From Azolla caroliniana (taxonomy: Eukaryota > Plantae > Polypodiophyta): a DNA stretch of 64,000 nt. The notes beneath the pieces were generated by a model that saw only the letters and a list, made by a program, of their open reading frames with translations, did not search any database and was not told the DNA's origin. Below, in pieces: positions 11,461 through 22,575 of this stretch. Made by a program: the position numbers and the translations under genes. Location of the stretch: the NCBI GenBank assembly GCA_043228905.1, contig JBHGNT010000004.1:20212001-20276000 (forward strand), in the 5' to 3' direction. Position 1 is the stretch's first letter. Each line of letters opens with the position of its first letter.

Positions 11461-11957
11461 GCGTGTAGAAGGGGCGGAACCATGGGGGTCTCGGACTAGG
11501 GAGTAGAGGAGAAGGAATAAGACACAAAATGGAAGCTTAGCTCAAGAGGAGGTGAGAAAGAATAAGACAATAACGTAGATTAGACGGGCAAGATGCTCAA
11601 CAAGTTAGCTTAAGGAAACACAAACACTTTACAATGGTGGCCGCCATGGCCGCACCAAACGACTATATCAAAAACCCTAAAGGAAAACACAAGAAGAAGA
11701 CCCTAACCGAAACCCTAAAACCGAATAGGAAACCCTCGACCTAAGTGGTATGCCTCTCTCCCTCAAAATAGGCAACCCCTCATAAGTGACCCCTCCCTTC
11801 CTTTTATAGCCCAAGGAAGGGGGGACCTTACAATGTGGGATAAAATTCCCCTCTTCTTTCTACACACCATTTCCTAGTATACACGTGCACATGTTGCACT
11901 CCACCGATTTGCCCATTCCACCCCGGTTTCACACTATAGCCGGAAATCTTCACGACA
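11461..11957 (-). repeat. Remainder of the 5' LTR of the outer gag-only element (the other piece is 4789-4808)
   Basis: Removing the inner element and one TSD joins TGTCGCGTTGTTATGCGCGT to GCGTGTAG...TCTTCACGACA. The terminus matches that of the inner LTR, and the motif CCTTTTATAG (TATA on the minus strand) is shared. Confidence 0.8.
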
Positions 11958-12255
11958 ACGTTCATCAGCTTCCCCTTTTGTCCGACATGGCTTAAAAGGA
12001 CTTCTCCGACATGCACAATTGGGTAAGGGATGTCGTCTCCAATTTCGACAATCCCCGGTTGTTTCGGTTTCTCCAAAAAGGAGAACCATTATGGCTTATT
12101 TAGCCGATCCGGATCCGGTTGAGCTTGCTCGCTCAATAGCTGGCCTTTTCCTCAGACAACTTCTTAAGTCTATAGGATCCCGATTAGGATTCCAATGTTT
12201 TCTATATATTGAGTCATCTGTAATTTGAATGTTGTAGCCCCAATTTAGAGACAAG

Positions 12256-12303
<48 letters not shown>

Positions 12304-13049
12304 GACTTATTAAGCCAACATCATGTTGGCAGACTGTGACAAAGATGGGTTGGTACTCTTGTCTTTTGTTTAGATCTAAGATGTTTATCTTGAGCGTTAT
12401 GATTGGCTTCACCTTTAGGAGACACCTAGACAAAGCGAAACAATGTTGGTGGAATGTGTTTCTTTTGCACAATATCACGACAACATAGTGGTCATCGGTT
12501 CAACATTGGCCAAATGGCAATATCTATTTGAACATACATTTCTGTAGTGTAGGTGTCTTCAACTAAGATTTCGAAATCCACATTCAATGGGTCATCGGGT
12601 TTCCCTTCATTGTACTTTTAAATTGTTTTTGAGTTCGTGAGATATCAAGGGTCATGAGGACATACATGTAATGCCTGCTTATTTGAGTCACAACTTGAAT
12701 TGCAAAGATGTATAAGGGAATTGAAAGATAGGTTAATTTGGTAGTTCTCATTGTTGGAAACCTCACAAATGTATGTTATCACTTGAGGAGTTCCAAATAT
12801 GTGAGTTGGTGTCTTGGCCTTTTCATCTCATGGATTCTCAACGTCAATAGGATCTTGAATGAGATCCCAAGGTTGTTTGTCTTTGAGTTGTTTTAATAAC
12901 TTCATAATTAACGAAGAAAAAAGAATGCATGAAAAACAAGTAAAAAAACAGGCAAAAATTGGCCGAAATATCATTCAACAACAAGGAATTCACAAAGATG
13001 CACTTGGTAGAAATGGAGGGAGGGAGGGCGTAGATGACACTTGTATGCA

Positions 13050-13700
13050 GGCTTATTGGAGAAAGTTGTGGGCTGTTGAAGAAAGTTGTGGGCAGTCGAC
13101 TTGCCTAAAAAATGCAAATCCTTTCTCTGGATTATCAGCCATATAGACCCCCTGATTGGTAAATGGCTACAACGGAGAGGCAAAGATGGTGCATGTACAA
13201 CTATGATTCAGAATCAATTGAACATGTTTGTGGTCTTGCATGTACACAAATATGGTTTGGGAAAGAATTATGTGCATTCTAGCGGCATGCAGCATGGAAG
13301 GTTATATGGTGGTCTCTACAAAGGAATGTGTGGATGTGTGGAGCACAAAACTCCTCCTTAGTTCTCATAGTGCACAAAAACCACTAGTCATGGACAACAA
13401 TTAGATGTACGCAACTTTGGGGATCACGAAATCTCTAGAAAGTGTTGTCAACTGTGGCATCAATCGATATGTGGAACATTTGAAAATACTAATATCTCAA
13501 ATGGTTCTCAAGGGCAACATATAGAATTGCAAATGCTATCACAGTTATATGCATTGATATAGAGATATCCTTGCGTGCACAATTCGAAAACCTACAAGTC
13601 AATTCCGAGTCTTAAGAGTGCGCATGAGCACAATTTATCTCACTTTGGGAAACCACAACATTGGTGGATTTCACGTTAGGACATCTGAAATGGTGCTTCC
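13050..13700 (+). mobile_element. Degenerate L1-type LINE ORF2 3' remnant (zf-RVT region)
   Basis: YWRKLWAVDLPKKCKSFLWIISHIDPLIGKWL resembles FWQKIWKQQHARRITTFQWLLIHKSLPVGAW of the LINE at 26.6 kb. Many frameshifts. Confidence 0.55.
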
Positions 13701-13703
13701 AAT

Positions 13704-14160
13704 TAGGGATCGGCAACGGTTCGGTTTAGGCTTAGCCGGTTTGGCCTGATCCAAGCCAAACCAGCTAAGCCTAAACCGTTTACAGGATCTCAAACCTGAG
13801 CCAAGCCGAGCCAAGCCGGTTCACAAACCGGTTTAGGCTAAACCGGTTTATGCTAAACCGGTTTGTGAACCGGCTTGGAAACCGGTTTAGAAACCTCTGT
13901 CTCTCTCTCTCTCTCTCTCTCTCAGATGATCCCTCCCACTCTCTCTCACGCTCTGTGGTCTCGACTCTCTCTCCCTCTCCCTCTCTCTCCCTCTATGTAA
14001 ATCCTCTCTCTCTCCCCTCTATGTAGTTCCTCTCTCTCTCTCTCTCTCTCACGTCTATGGTCTCGACTCTCCTCCCTCTCTCTCTCTCTCCCCTCTATGT
14101 AGTCTCTCTCTCTCTCCCCTCTATGTAGTTCCTCTCTCTCTCTCTCTCTCCCCTCTGTGT

Positions 14161-14202
<42 letters not shown>

Positions 14203-14554
14203 TATATGTTGTCTCCCTCCCTCTCTCTCTCCTCGTTTGTGTAGTCTCTCTCTCTCTCTCTCCTTATATGTTGTCTCCCTCTCCTCGTCTATGTAGTTCT
14301 CCCTCCCTTACTCTCTCTCTCTCTTTCCCCTTGTCTGTTGTCTCTCTCCCCCTCTCTAAATTTTATAAACGGTTTATCCGGCTTAGCCGGCTTGAGCCGG
14401 TTTGGCGAGGCTCAAGCCGAGCCAAGCCGAGCTCAAACCGTTAAGGCAAGTTCAAGCCTAAACCGAGCCGAGCCGAGCCGCTAAGCCGCTAAGCCGTTTT
14501 CAAGCCGGCTAAGCCAAACGGTTTAGGCTTGAGCCGAGCCGTTGCCGATCCCTA
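13704..14554 (+). mobile_element. hAT-type MITE, copy A
   Basis: 16-bp TIR TAGGGATCGGCAACGG / CCGTTGCCGATCCCTA. Subterminal AACCG/AGCCG arrays, a CT-microsatellite core and no ORF. Confidence 0.9.
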
Positions 14555-14672
14555 CAAGTCACTTTCATATATATATTGGCTATTGTTGTGTGACACCTTA
14601 GATAAAAAAAGGTGGGGCAATCATTGTCCACATAACAACAAACGTGTACTTGACAAAACATGTTATTTTTCA

Positions 14673-14772
14673 NNNNNNNNNNNNNNNNNNNNNNNNNNNN
14701 NNNNNNNNNNNNNNNNNNNNNNNNNNNNNNNNNNNNNNNNNNNNNNNNNNNNNNNNNNNNNNNNNNNNNNNN
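14673..14772. other. Assembly gap (100 N)
   Basis: Run of N. The same 45 bp (14628-14672 and 14774-14818) flank both sides, which suggests overlapping contig ends. Confidence 0.98.
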
Positions 14773-14935
14773 ACCACATAACAACAAACGTGTACTTGAC
14801 AAAACATGTTATTTTTCAACAAGCATCAAGACACAACTACCAAGCTTTTGAACATAGCTAGACATTGATATCACCGAAAGCAATATGGGTGATTTGCTAG
14901 CCAAGGGGTGGTAGATCTAGTGATGCAACTGGAAG

Positions 14936-15287
14936 TAGGGATCGGCAACGGCTCGGCTCAAGCCTAAACCGTTTGGCTTAGCCGGCTTGAAAACGGCTTA
15001 GCGGCTTAGCGGCTCGGCTCGGCTCGGTTTAGGCTTGAACTTGCCTTAACGGTTTGAGCTCGGCTTGGCTCGGCTTGAGCCTCGCCAAACCGGCTCAAGC
15101 CGGCTAAGCCGGATAAACCGTTTATAAAATTTAGAGAGGGGGAGAGAGACAACAGACAAGGGGAAAGAGAGAGAGAGAGTAAGGGAGGGAGAACTACATA
15201 GACGAGGAGAGGGAGACAACATATAAGGAGAGAGAGAGAGAGAGACTACACAAACGAGGAGAGAGAGAGGGAGGGAGACAACATATA

Positions 15288-15329
<42 letters not shown>

Positions 15330-15789
15330 ACACAGAGGGGAGAGAGAGAGAGAGAGAGGAACTACATAGAGGGGAGAGAGAGAGAGACTACATAGAGGGG
15401 AGAGAGAGAGAGAGGGAGGGAGAGTCGAGACCATAGACGTGAGAGAGAGAGAGAGAGAGAGAGGAACTACATAGAGGGGAGAGAGAGAGGATTTACATAG
15501 AGGGGAGAGAGAGGGAGAGGGAGAGAGAGTCGAGACCACAGACGTGAGAGAGAGTGGGAGGGATCATCTGAGAGAGAGAGAGAGAGACAGAGACAGAGGT
15601 TTCTAAACCGGTTTCCAAGCCGGTTCACAAACCGGTTTAGCATAAACCGGTTTAGCCTAAACCGGTTTGTGAACCGGCTTGGCTCGGCTTGGCTCAGGTT
15701 TGAGATCCTGTAAACGGTTTAGGCTTAGCTGGTTTGGCTTGGATCAGGCCAAACCGGCTAAGCCTAAACCGAACCGTTGCCGATCCCTA
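14936..15789 (-). mobile_element. hAT-type MITE, copy B, inverted and nearly identical to copy A
   Basis: Same TIRs. The sequence is the reverse complement of 13704-14554 apart from small microsatellite differences. Confidence 0.9.
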
Positions 15790-16317
15790 GTGACTTGTAA
15801 ATAGTAGAGTATCTATAGATACGTAGAGTGTACATAGGTTGATTTGTATATGCAATTCACCTAACAAATCGGAAGTAGTTTTCTCTCATTGTTATAAATA
15901 AATATACATTGGGTTCTAATTTTTCATTATAAAAATGAATGACAAAGAAATGAGAACGGGCGAGAGCATGTTTGTGTAGAAGAGTCATGTTCCATGATTG
16001 TTTATACCACATAAATCTTGCCCTTTCTTTTTGTATAAGGGTCATGCCCCGCTTTAGTTTATACCATGTAAGTCACGAGCTTTACCTATAGACTCTTTTG
16101 GATCTAGCTCATTGTGACATAAAGGCAATAGCACACAACTACTATATATGTATATGCAAGAGAATTATGTGCATTTAATAAATGTAGAAATTATATGCTT
16201 TGAAGTTTCTATGTTGTATTACTTTTGGGTCTCCAAGAAACATGGGTTTTACTTATTCTTCTCCAACCTCCGCTTTTGGTAATACAATATATATAACATG
16301 TGGGAAACCTCAAAAGG

Positions 16318-16354
<37 letters not shown>

Positions 16355-18463
16355 AGATACAGATATTTGGTAATACATTATATTACATGTGGTAATACCT
16401 CAAAAAGACAAAAAAAAAATATACATTAGATACAAGATATAGATCTCAAGGTCTCCTACACTTGACAAACTGAAAATATTAAGAGAAAAGAACATTTGAA
16501 CGTTCCAAGATTAAATGTGAAGTATAGTTGCTACCATCCATAGACAATTCAAGTGATTTTTTGAGAGGCAAAATCTCTCTTTGCACTCATCCACATGGTA
16601 AACCATGATTCTTCACCACTTTCCGTTCATCTTTCATATTAGTGTGTATTTAAATTTTTTTATCCAAGCGGTCATGAACCTCTAAGATATCATGAGAAGC
16701 ATAGGGACCATGCATAACTAGCGAGTTTGATATTTTGAAGGCAATTAATTTTTCTCTCTATTTTATTCAAGTCAAGCCCACAATAGGCATTAGTGAGGCA
16801 AAAGATCATGGGATCATTGCCCATATTGGAGTGGGTGGGTTGACAAAATAAGGTAATAACGTTGATAGCAATTACTCACAAATACTCATCTTATTTGAAG
16901 AGGGCCATTGGCATGCATGTGTGACACAAACTATAATGTGATCATCACCATGTTAGAGCGAATAGGTCAATGTTGTTAAATAACATTAAGGTTAGTTCGA
17001 ACAATTTGAACAACCCACCAACTATCATTTAGGGTTCTATTTTAATAAGTATTACCTTTTTCTAGTTCATTTGTAGAGGTTGTTGATGCATGGTTGTGTT
17101 TCCATGCCATTGTATCACATTATGTTTCCTTTTATCATTTCAACAAAGTTAGGTGAAAGATTGCTACCATATGATAAATTTATTTGTTTCTGTCAAATGC
17201 TATACATGTGACACTGCCAAGTGGGGATTCCTTTAATGAGTATGACTATCAACTTGAAGCATAAAAATAGCATGATCATTACATATCAGAAAAGTAAATA
17301 AAGAAAAACTTGATATACCCTAGCGTTTTTCTTTATTTCACTTGATACCCCCAAGTTTTTGTTATTTCTCTCCGGTTGGCCTCAACAACCCTTAGCAATT
17401 ACATGGTTGATTCAACCCCATCCTCTAATTATATATGCCACTTACCTTTGTATATCTTTTTTCTCAAACACTCCATGTGACACTCACTTTTTGGGATGTG
17501 TGCTCTAACGCGAGTGCGCTATCTCTCCCTAGTTAAATTTGGGGTTACGTTTCTCGTGTCAGTGCATGCTCTCTCTCCAGGCTCTTGTGTGAGCACATGC
17601 TCTTCTTCTAGTGGCATTGGTGCTTTAGTGTGACTAAATGCTCCTCTATATAATGTGTAGTCTTCAAGTCTCATCACTTGCACATGCTTTGTGTGTTTTG
17701 TTCGCCCAAGGGTGGTGATGGGGGGTTACTAACTTGTGATATGGGTGTTGGTTGGGAGACTTTGTCTCTAGATGCTCAGGTTCTAAAGTAGTGGTGGTCT
17801 GGTGGCCTTCATGATGACATCGATTATTGATGATGGTGACAATGTGGAATATGATTTTTATGATAGTGGTGACATGGAGCACCTTAATTGTCAATTTGAC
17901 ACATGTTTCCACCTCACGAAAAACAATAGAAAAGACTTGAAGATCCACTTGAGTTTTCTTTGCTTTCCTATAAGCAATTAAATGTGTGATTAAAAACCCC
18001 CCTCTTGACTCGAGCAATGAAATGTGTGGCTGGCACAATTGTATAGTCGATTCATCGCCTTTTCTCAATTACATGAATTATATGGTCCAATTCACCCCTT
18101 TTCTCAATTATATGAATTACATGCTCCCATTAATCCCTTGTTTCTTAATTGAATGGTTTCCATTCTCCTTTCCAAGGTTGACCAAGGGCATATGCAACAT
18201 AAAAAACAATGCATTCCCCTTTTCTCAATTATATGGTACCTTTTCTATCTTTCCAAGTTGACCATAGGCACACGCTAAAAGAAATACAATGCCCTATTTC
18301 CAAAGTTTTTCCAACATAAACCATATCTTGTTTGATCCAATGTCACTTTTCTATACATATATACAAAACGCAACTTTATAACCTTTTTTGTCCTCAAGTT
18401 GTTGATTGTCGGCTACCTTAGAGAAGAAACTCTTCATATTCTATCTTCCAAATTAAAACAGGC

Positions 18464-18619
18464 TTTGAAAGTGATGTTGGTTTGGTCATTATATGATCTA
18501 ACTGTCTAGATACATTTGAAAGTGATGTTGGTTTGGTCATTATATGATCTAACTGTCTAGATACATTTGAAAGTGATGTTGGTTTGGTCATTATATGATC
18601 TAACTATCTAGATACATTG
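18464..18619. repeat. 3 x 51-bp tandem repeat
   Basis: TTTGAAAGTGATGTTGG... starts at 18464, 18515 and 18566. Confidence 0.95.
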
Positions 18620-18766
18620 ATACCCGTAAAACCAACTTTCTAATTCTATAATTCCATGACTCCAAAAGCATGCTTGATTTGCACAAGTTGTTCTTTTCGT
18701 CCATTTCAACATCCACGCCTCCTGGAAACTCTTCTCTTTTGACATTCAAACATGAAATTGTACAAC

Positions 18767-19025
18767 GTGATAATCTCTTATCTTGTGAGATATACCATTA
18801 ATGCAATCAAAGAGTGAATCAATTAGGTGAAAATACCATGGATTCAATGAATAATTAATTTCCATTTTACTCAATTTTAATTTTAATTTCAAAGTGATAA
18901 TCTCTTCTTATCTTGTGAGATATACCATTAATGGAATCAAAGAGTAAATCAATTTAGTGAAAATACCATGGAATGAATTGAATAATTAATTTCAATCTAA
19001 CTCAATTTAAAATTTAATTTCAATT
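18767..19025. repeat. 2 x ~127-bp imperfect tandem duplication
   Basis: GTGATAATCTCT...TATCTTGTGAGATATACCATTAATG occurs at ~18767 and ~18894. Confidence 0.85.
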
Positions 19026-19262
19026 GGTTTCTTGAAGCATAGGAACACAAAGCATGAGTCAAAAACCATTTCTCTCACTTTTCAGAAAAAACCTATCTTC
19101 AAAAGTTATTCAAAGAACCACAACATATCCATGGATATCATTTTCAAAAGTTATTCAAAGAACCACAACATTATCATTCAAATCCAAGTTTAAAAAAGAG
19201 CATCTTAATGAAAGGATTACAATGTCTCTGAATAGGAATTTATGTTTAAGGGGCAACAAGGA

Positions 19263-20921
19263 TTACCACCACTGATGAACAAGGACACCATTGCTTCTGA
19301 GTGTTTGAAAGAAAGAAAGGCATTCATCAAATGTCTTTTTATACTTGGAGGTCCTCTCTGGACTTGTTTTCTGCCACCTATTATAATGGCATTCCAAGAA
19401 AAGTTCATCAACAAGACAGATTGCTCCTGTTTCCAGCATCCGAGGCAAGAGGTCGAACTCGGTGCCTTCAATATCCATCTTCAACACAACAAAATCATCC
19501 AAAGATACAGTCTTCAAGAGCCACTCAGCAAAATCAAAACCTTGCACCATTTGAAGACCACTAGAAGAATCTGTTTGATCATTCATTGTTGACCTCCTTT
19601 GAATCCTACCCATACCTATTTCACCTTCAGCAACCCTATTCTGACTATTCACACCAAAAATCAAGCTCTCATTCTTCACCCACGCAGCATAAGGCAAAAG
19701 ATGCACATTCTTCCGTTTGGCATAGTCTTTGACAAAAGATTTATCTGCCTCCACAGCATATATAAGGAAATCCTTACCTTGTTTAGGATACTTTTTGACA
19801 AACCAGCTACCTATACTCGAACTGTAGCTCCTCGCACCCACATCAATATAGAGATGCCTCTGGTAATTGCTAAGGTTGGTAACAGTAGGAAGGTACATAA
19901 CCTTCTTGGAATTCTCCTTCAATGTAATCCATGGCTTCCGTGGTTCTTCCTCGATGAGAGGCTCGGCAGTATTTATGATTCTCTCCTTTAGCCTTGAAGA
20001 AGAACATTTATTGTTCATTGCACCATCATTGTTCCTTTTAGAGTCACTCCCATATTTCCTAAGAACAATCTCTGAATCTAAACCAAACAAATCAATGTCT
20101 CGAACATGCAATACTTCAAAATTATGGAAAAGCTCCAAGATAGGATCGAGTTTGATCAAGTCATTTGCCGAGTACTTGTCTGTCCGATGTCTGATAGAGA
20201 GATGAAGAACTAGAATGCCACTTGGCTTGAGTGTCCTCTCCACCTCAGAAGCGAACACTGCCGGGAATAATGCATGATCAAATGCATTTGAGAACTCAAA
20301 ATCATATATTCCATCCCCAAAAGGAAGCATGTGCATATCTCCTTTAACAACAAAAGGAGGAGAAGGAACGAGGTCAACACCAATCGAATCATTTACACCT
20401 ATCTCTCGCAACGCAAGAACTTCTTGGCCTACTCTCGCAGCAATGCATAAAGCTTTGTCCTCATGCTTCAAAATCCCCTCATTCATTAGGGATTGGAAAA
20501 TGACAGAGAATGCATTCACTTTCCTTCTCCAGTCCTTGGATGTCCAGAGCTTCCTAAGCTTTGGGTTTAGAGTCTTTTTGAGCTGTAGCTGGAGATAATC
20601 TTCATAAGACTTGAAGTTGTGGCGAGGTCTAAGAGCATCAGAATTGAAGCTTGTACTCATAGGCTGAAACTTCTTCATCGCCACATTCATTGCACTGTAT
20701 CCATTTCCATTACCTCCAAAAGAATTCACAGAGAAATCTTGACTTCCAATTATGGAAGATCCATAGTGTAATGCATTAAAGATGCTACATTTATAGCCAG
20801 TTCCATCACATGTCAAATTTCCATTCACTTTTCCGTTATGCAGGTAAAAGAACTGCGCATAAAGAATTACAAACGTGAAAAGAATAGCGGCAACAATGAC
20901 CCTGCACCATTCAGTGAACAT
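19263..20921 (-). CDS. SAM-dependent methyltransferase (Methyltransf_11 plus FkbM-like; At5g01710-type family), 552 aa, N-terminal membrane anchor
   Basis: Single-exon ORF with KALCIAARVGQEV, DSIGVD, FEFSNAFDHAL, YIDVGAR, DFVVLKMDIEGTEF, DELFLECHY and a C-terminal GVLVHQWW. A 5'-UTR intron is inferred at 21659..20944 (GAG|GTAATG ... TTACAG|). Confidence 0.93.
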   Translation of the reverse strand: MFTEWCRVIVAAILFTFVILYAQFFYLHNGKVNGNLTCDGTGYKCSIFNALHYGSSIIGSQDFSVNSFGGNGNGYSAMNVAMKKFQPMSTSFNSDALRPRHNFKSYEDYLQLQLKKTLNPKLRKLWTSKDWRRKVNAFSVIFQSLMNEGILKHEDKALCIAARVGQEVLALREIGVNDSIGVDLVPSPPFVVKGDMHMLPFGDGIYDFEFSNAFDHALFPAVFASEVERTLKPSGILVLHLSIRHRTDKYSANDLIKLDPILELFHNFEVLHVRDIDLFGLDSEIVLRKYGSDSKRNNDGAMNNKCSSSRLKERIINTAEPLIEEEPRKPWITLKENSKKVMYLPTVTNLSNYQRHLYIDVGARSYSSSIGSWFVKKYPKQGKDFLIYAVEADKSFVKDYAKRKNVHLLPYAAWVKNESLIFGVNSQNRVAEGEIGMGRIQRRSTMNDQTDSSSGLQMVQGFDFAEWLLKTVSLDDFVVLKMDIEGTEFDLLPRMLETGAICLVDELFLECHYNRWQKTSPERTSKYKKTFDECLSFFQTLRSNGVLVHQWW

Positions 20922-21786
20922 TAGTTTCCAATGTCAAAATAATCTGTAAGGAAATACATCAAACCAACATTAAAATAATACACATGAAACCCATCAAGCG
21001 TATTTATAGATAAACAGATCTTAGGTCAATTCATGTAGACAAATGCATCAAGATATTGCCGATATCCATCAATTTATAGTATATTGAATATCCATAACAA
21101 TTTAATTTTCCCTTTTCTATTGGAAAGAAAATTCCCCTTCCGTTCAACTTTTCCCTGATGCATCTATAGGAACCGTGCAGAAAATATTTGAATTTTCAAT
21201 CCTTTTTGTGATTTATTTCTTTTCTCTTTCATTTACAGAGGTAAATGAACGGGCTATGCAGAATGAAAATTCTTTTCATTTCTTAATATTTTTTCCTTTA
21301 TTATGCATCGGTAAAAGAATTAGCCCTACAGAACGAAAGCCGTGTGCAAAATAACAATCTGTGCAGAAGGATACTACCATTTGCTTCTCTTCTACCCAGG
21401 CAAGAAATTAAAAGACGTGAGCAAAAAAGAAGGTGACAACGTATGTATGGGTCCCTTACGCAGGAATAATGGCATTAGAATAACAAGAAGAAGAAGATGA
21501 AGCGGATATGGATGATATCGAATGATAAGACACACAAACTGTATTGATGAGGATGAGGATGAACGAGAAGCAGAAGTGCAAAAATGAAGACGAGCTTATT
21601 TAAGCGTTTTCTTTACGCTATATAGCAAAGTGACAGAGATGACCTAAGAAGAACATTACCTCCGGGTTATAAAAACTTTGCGATCAGCACGCAGAGGAGG
21701 AGGAGAAGGAATCAGCGATGGGAGCTGGCCACGCATTGCGATCTGATTCTTCCAGAAGCTTCTTGATCAAGGAAATAAAGAGTTCC

Positions 21787-21936
21787 TCAGATGCCAACCA
21801 GCAGTATTAAAGGATGGACGAGGAGACGATCGAAGTAGAGGATGATGATGATGAACGACAAGAAGAAGAGGGAAAAGAATGATTTATCGGGAGCAAAACC
21901 TTGCAGAGGTATGATTTCCACCCACCAGAACTCCAT
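21787..21936 (-). CDS. Candidate conserved-peptide uORF (49 aa) in the methyltransferase 5' leader
   Basis: MEFWWVEIIPLQGFAPDKSFFSLFFLSFIIIILYFDRLLVHPLILLVGI*, with a strong GCCATGG context, inside the inferred first exon. Angiosperm members of this family carry CPuORFs. Confidence 0.6.
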   Translation of the reverse strand: MEFWWVEIIPLQGFAPDKSFFSLFFLSFIIIILYFDRLLVHPLILLVGI

Positions 21937-22242
21937 GGCTATGTCTACAGAGAAGCGTCGAGAGTGACTGCAGCACAGGAGGATGTGGAGGGAAAGACGC
22001 CATCGCCATAGCCACTCTCCTTCTCTTTCTCTTCTCTGCTACCGGGCGAAGCTCGCCATTAAGAACTGCTAGTGAAAATGCATATCGCATCTGTCTTCTA
22101 CACAACAAACCGGCGGTTTTGGCCCAAAACCGGTGGTTTTCAAAAAACCACGCGGTTTCCCAACTAAGCCGGTGATCCTTCTTCTTCTTCTTCTTCTTTC
22201 TTTTTAAACTCCCTGACCGCCCATATGGCCCAATGGGCGCCG

Positions 22243-22575
22243 ACGTGGCGGCATCCAACTTGGCAGCCGACGTGGCGGGGATGGAGGCCACGTGGCAAGC
22301 TTACGTGGCCAGAAGCTTGTTGATGTGGCGGGGTGCTTACATGGCAGAATCTTTTGCTTTTGGCTCCTGCACACGTGGCAATAATATATATGTATGTATA
22401 TGCATTTCCCGCACCCCCATTTTTGCTCACGTGGCATAAGAGACCGATCTTATTGGTTGGCTTGCTCTTTGCTTTTTACGTGGTAGAAAAGCTTGGCGGG
22501 GGTGCCGTTAGCCCTCTTCACGTGGCACCGTGTCGTCTCTTCGTCTTCGTCTTCTTCTTCTTTTCTTTACGTGTC
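22243..22575 (+). promoter_or_regulatory. Cluster of ABRE/G-box-like motifs upstream of the methyltransferase
   Basis: ACGTGGC at 22243, 22270, 22290, 22303, 22373, 22429 and 22520. ACGTGGT at 22478 and ACGTGTC at 22569. Confidence 0.5.

Noticed and set aside
4656-11499. Many long overlapping and antisense ORFs, including near-identical ORFs at 4676 and 10663
   Set aside because: They are shadows of GC-rich coding sequence and of the duplicated LTRs, with no independent motifs.
14628-14818. 45-bp direct repeat around the N run
   Set aside because: Most simply explained as unmerged contig overlap rather than a biological duplication.
18464-18619. Regular repeats (also 40035-40300 and 53627-53935) considered as CRISPR-like arrays
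   Set aside because: They are head-to-tail units without unique spacers, in a eukaryotic context with no cas genes.
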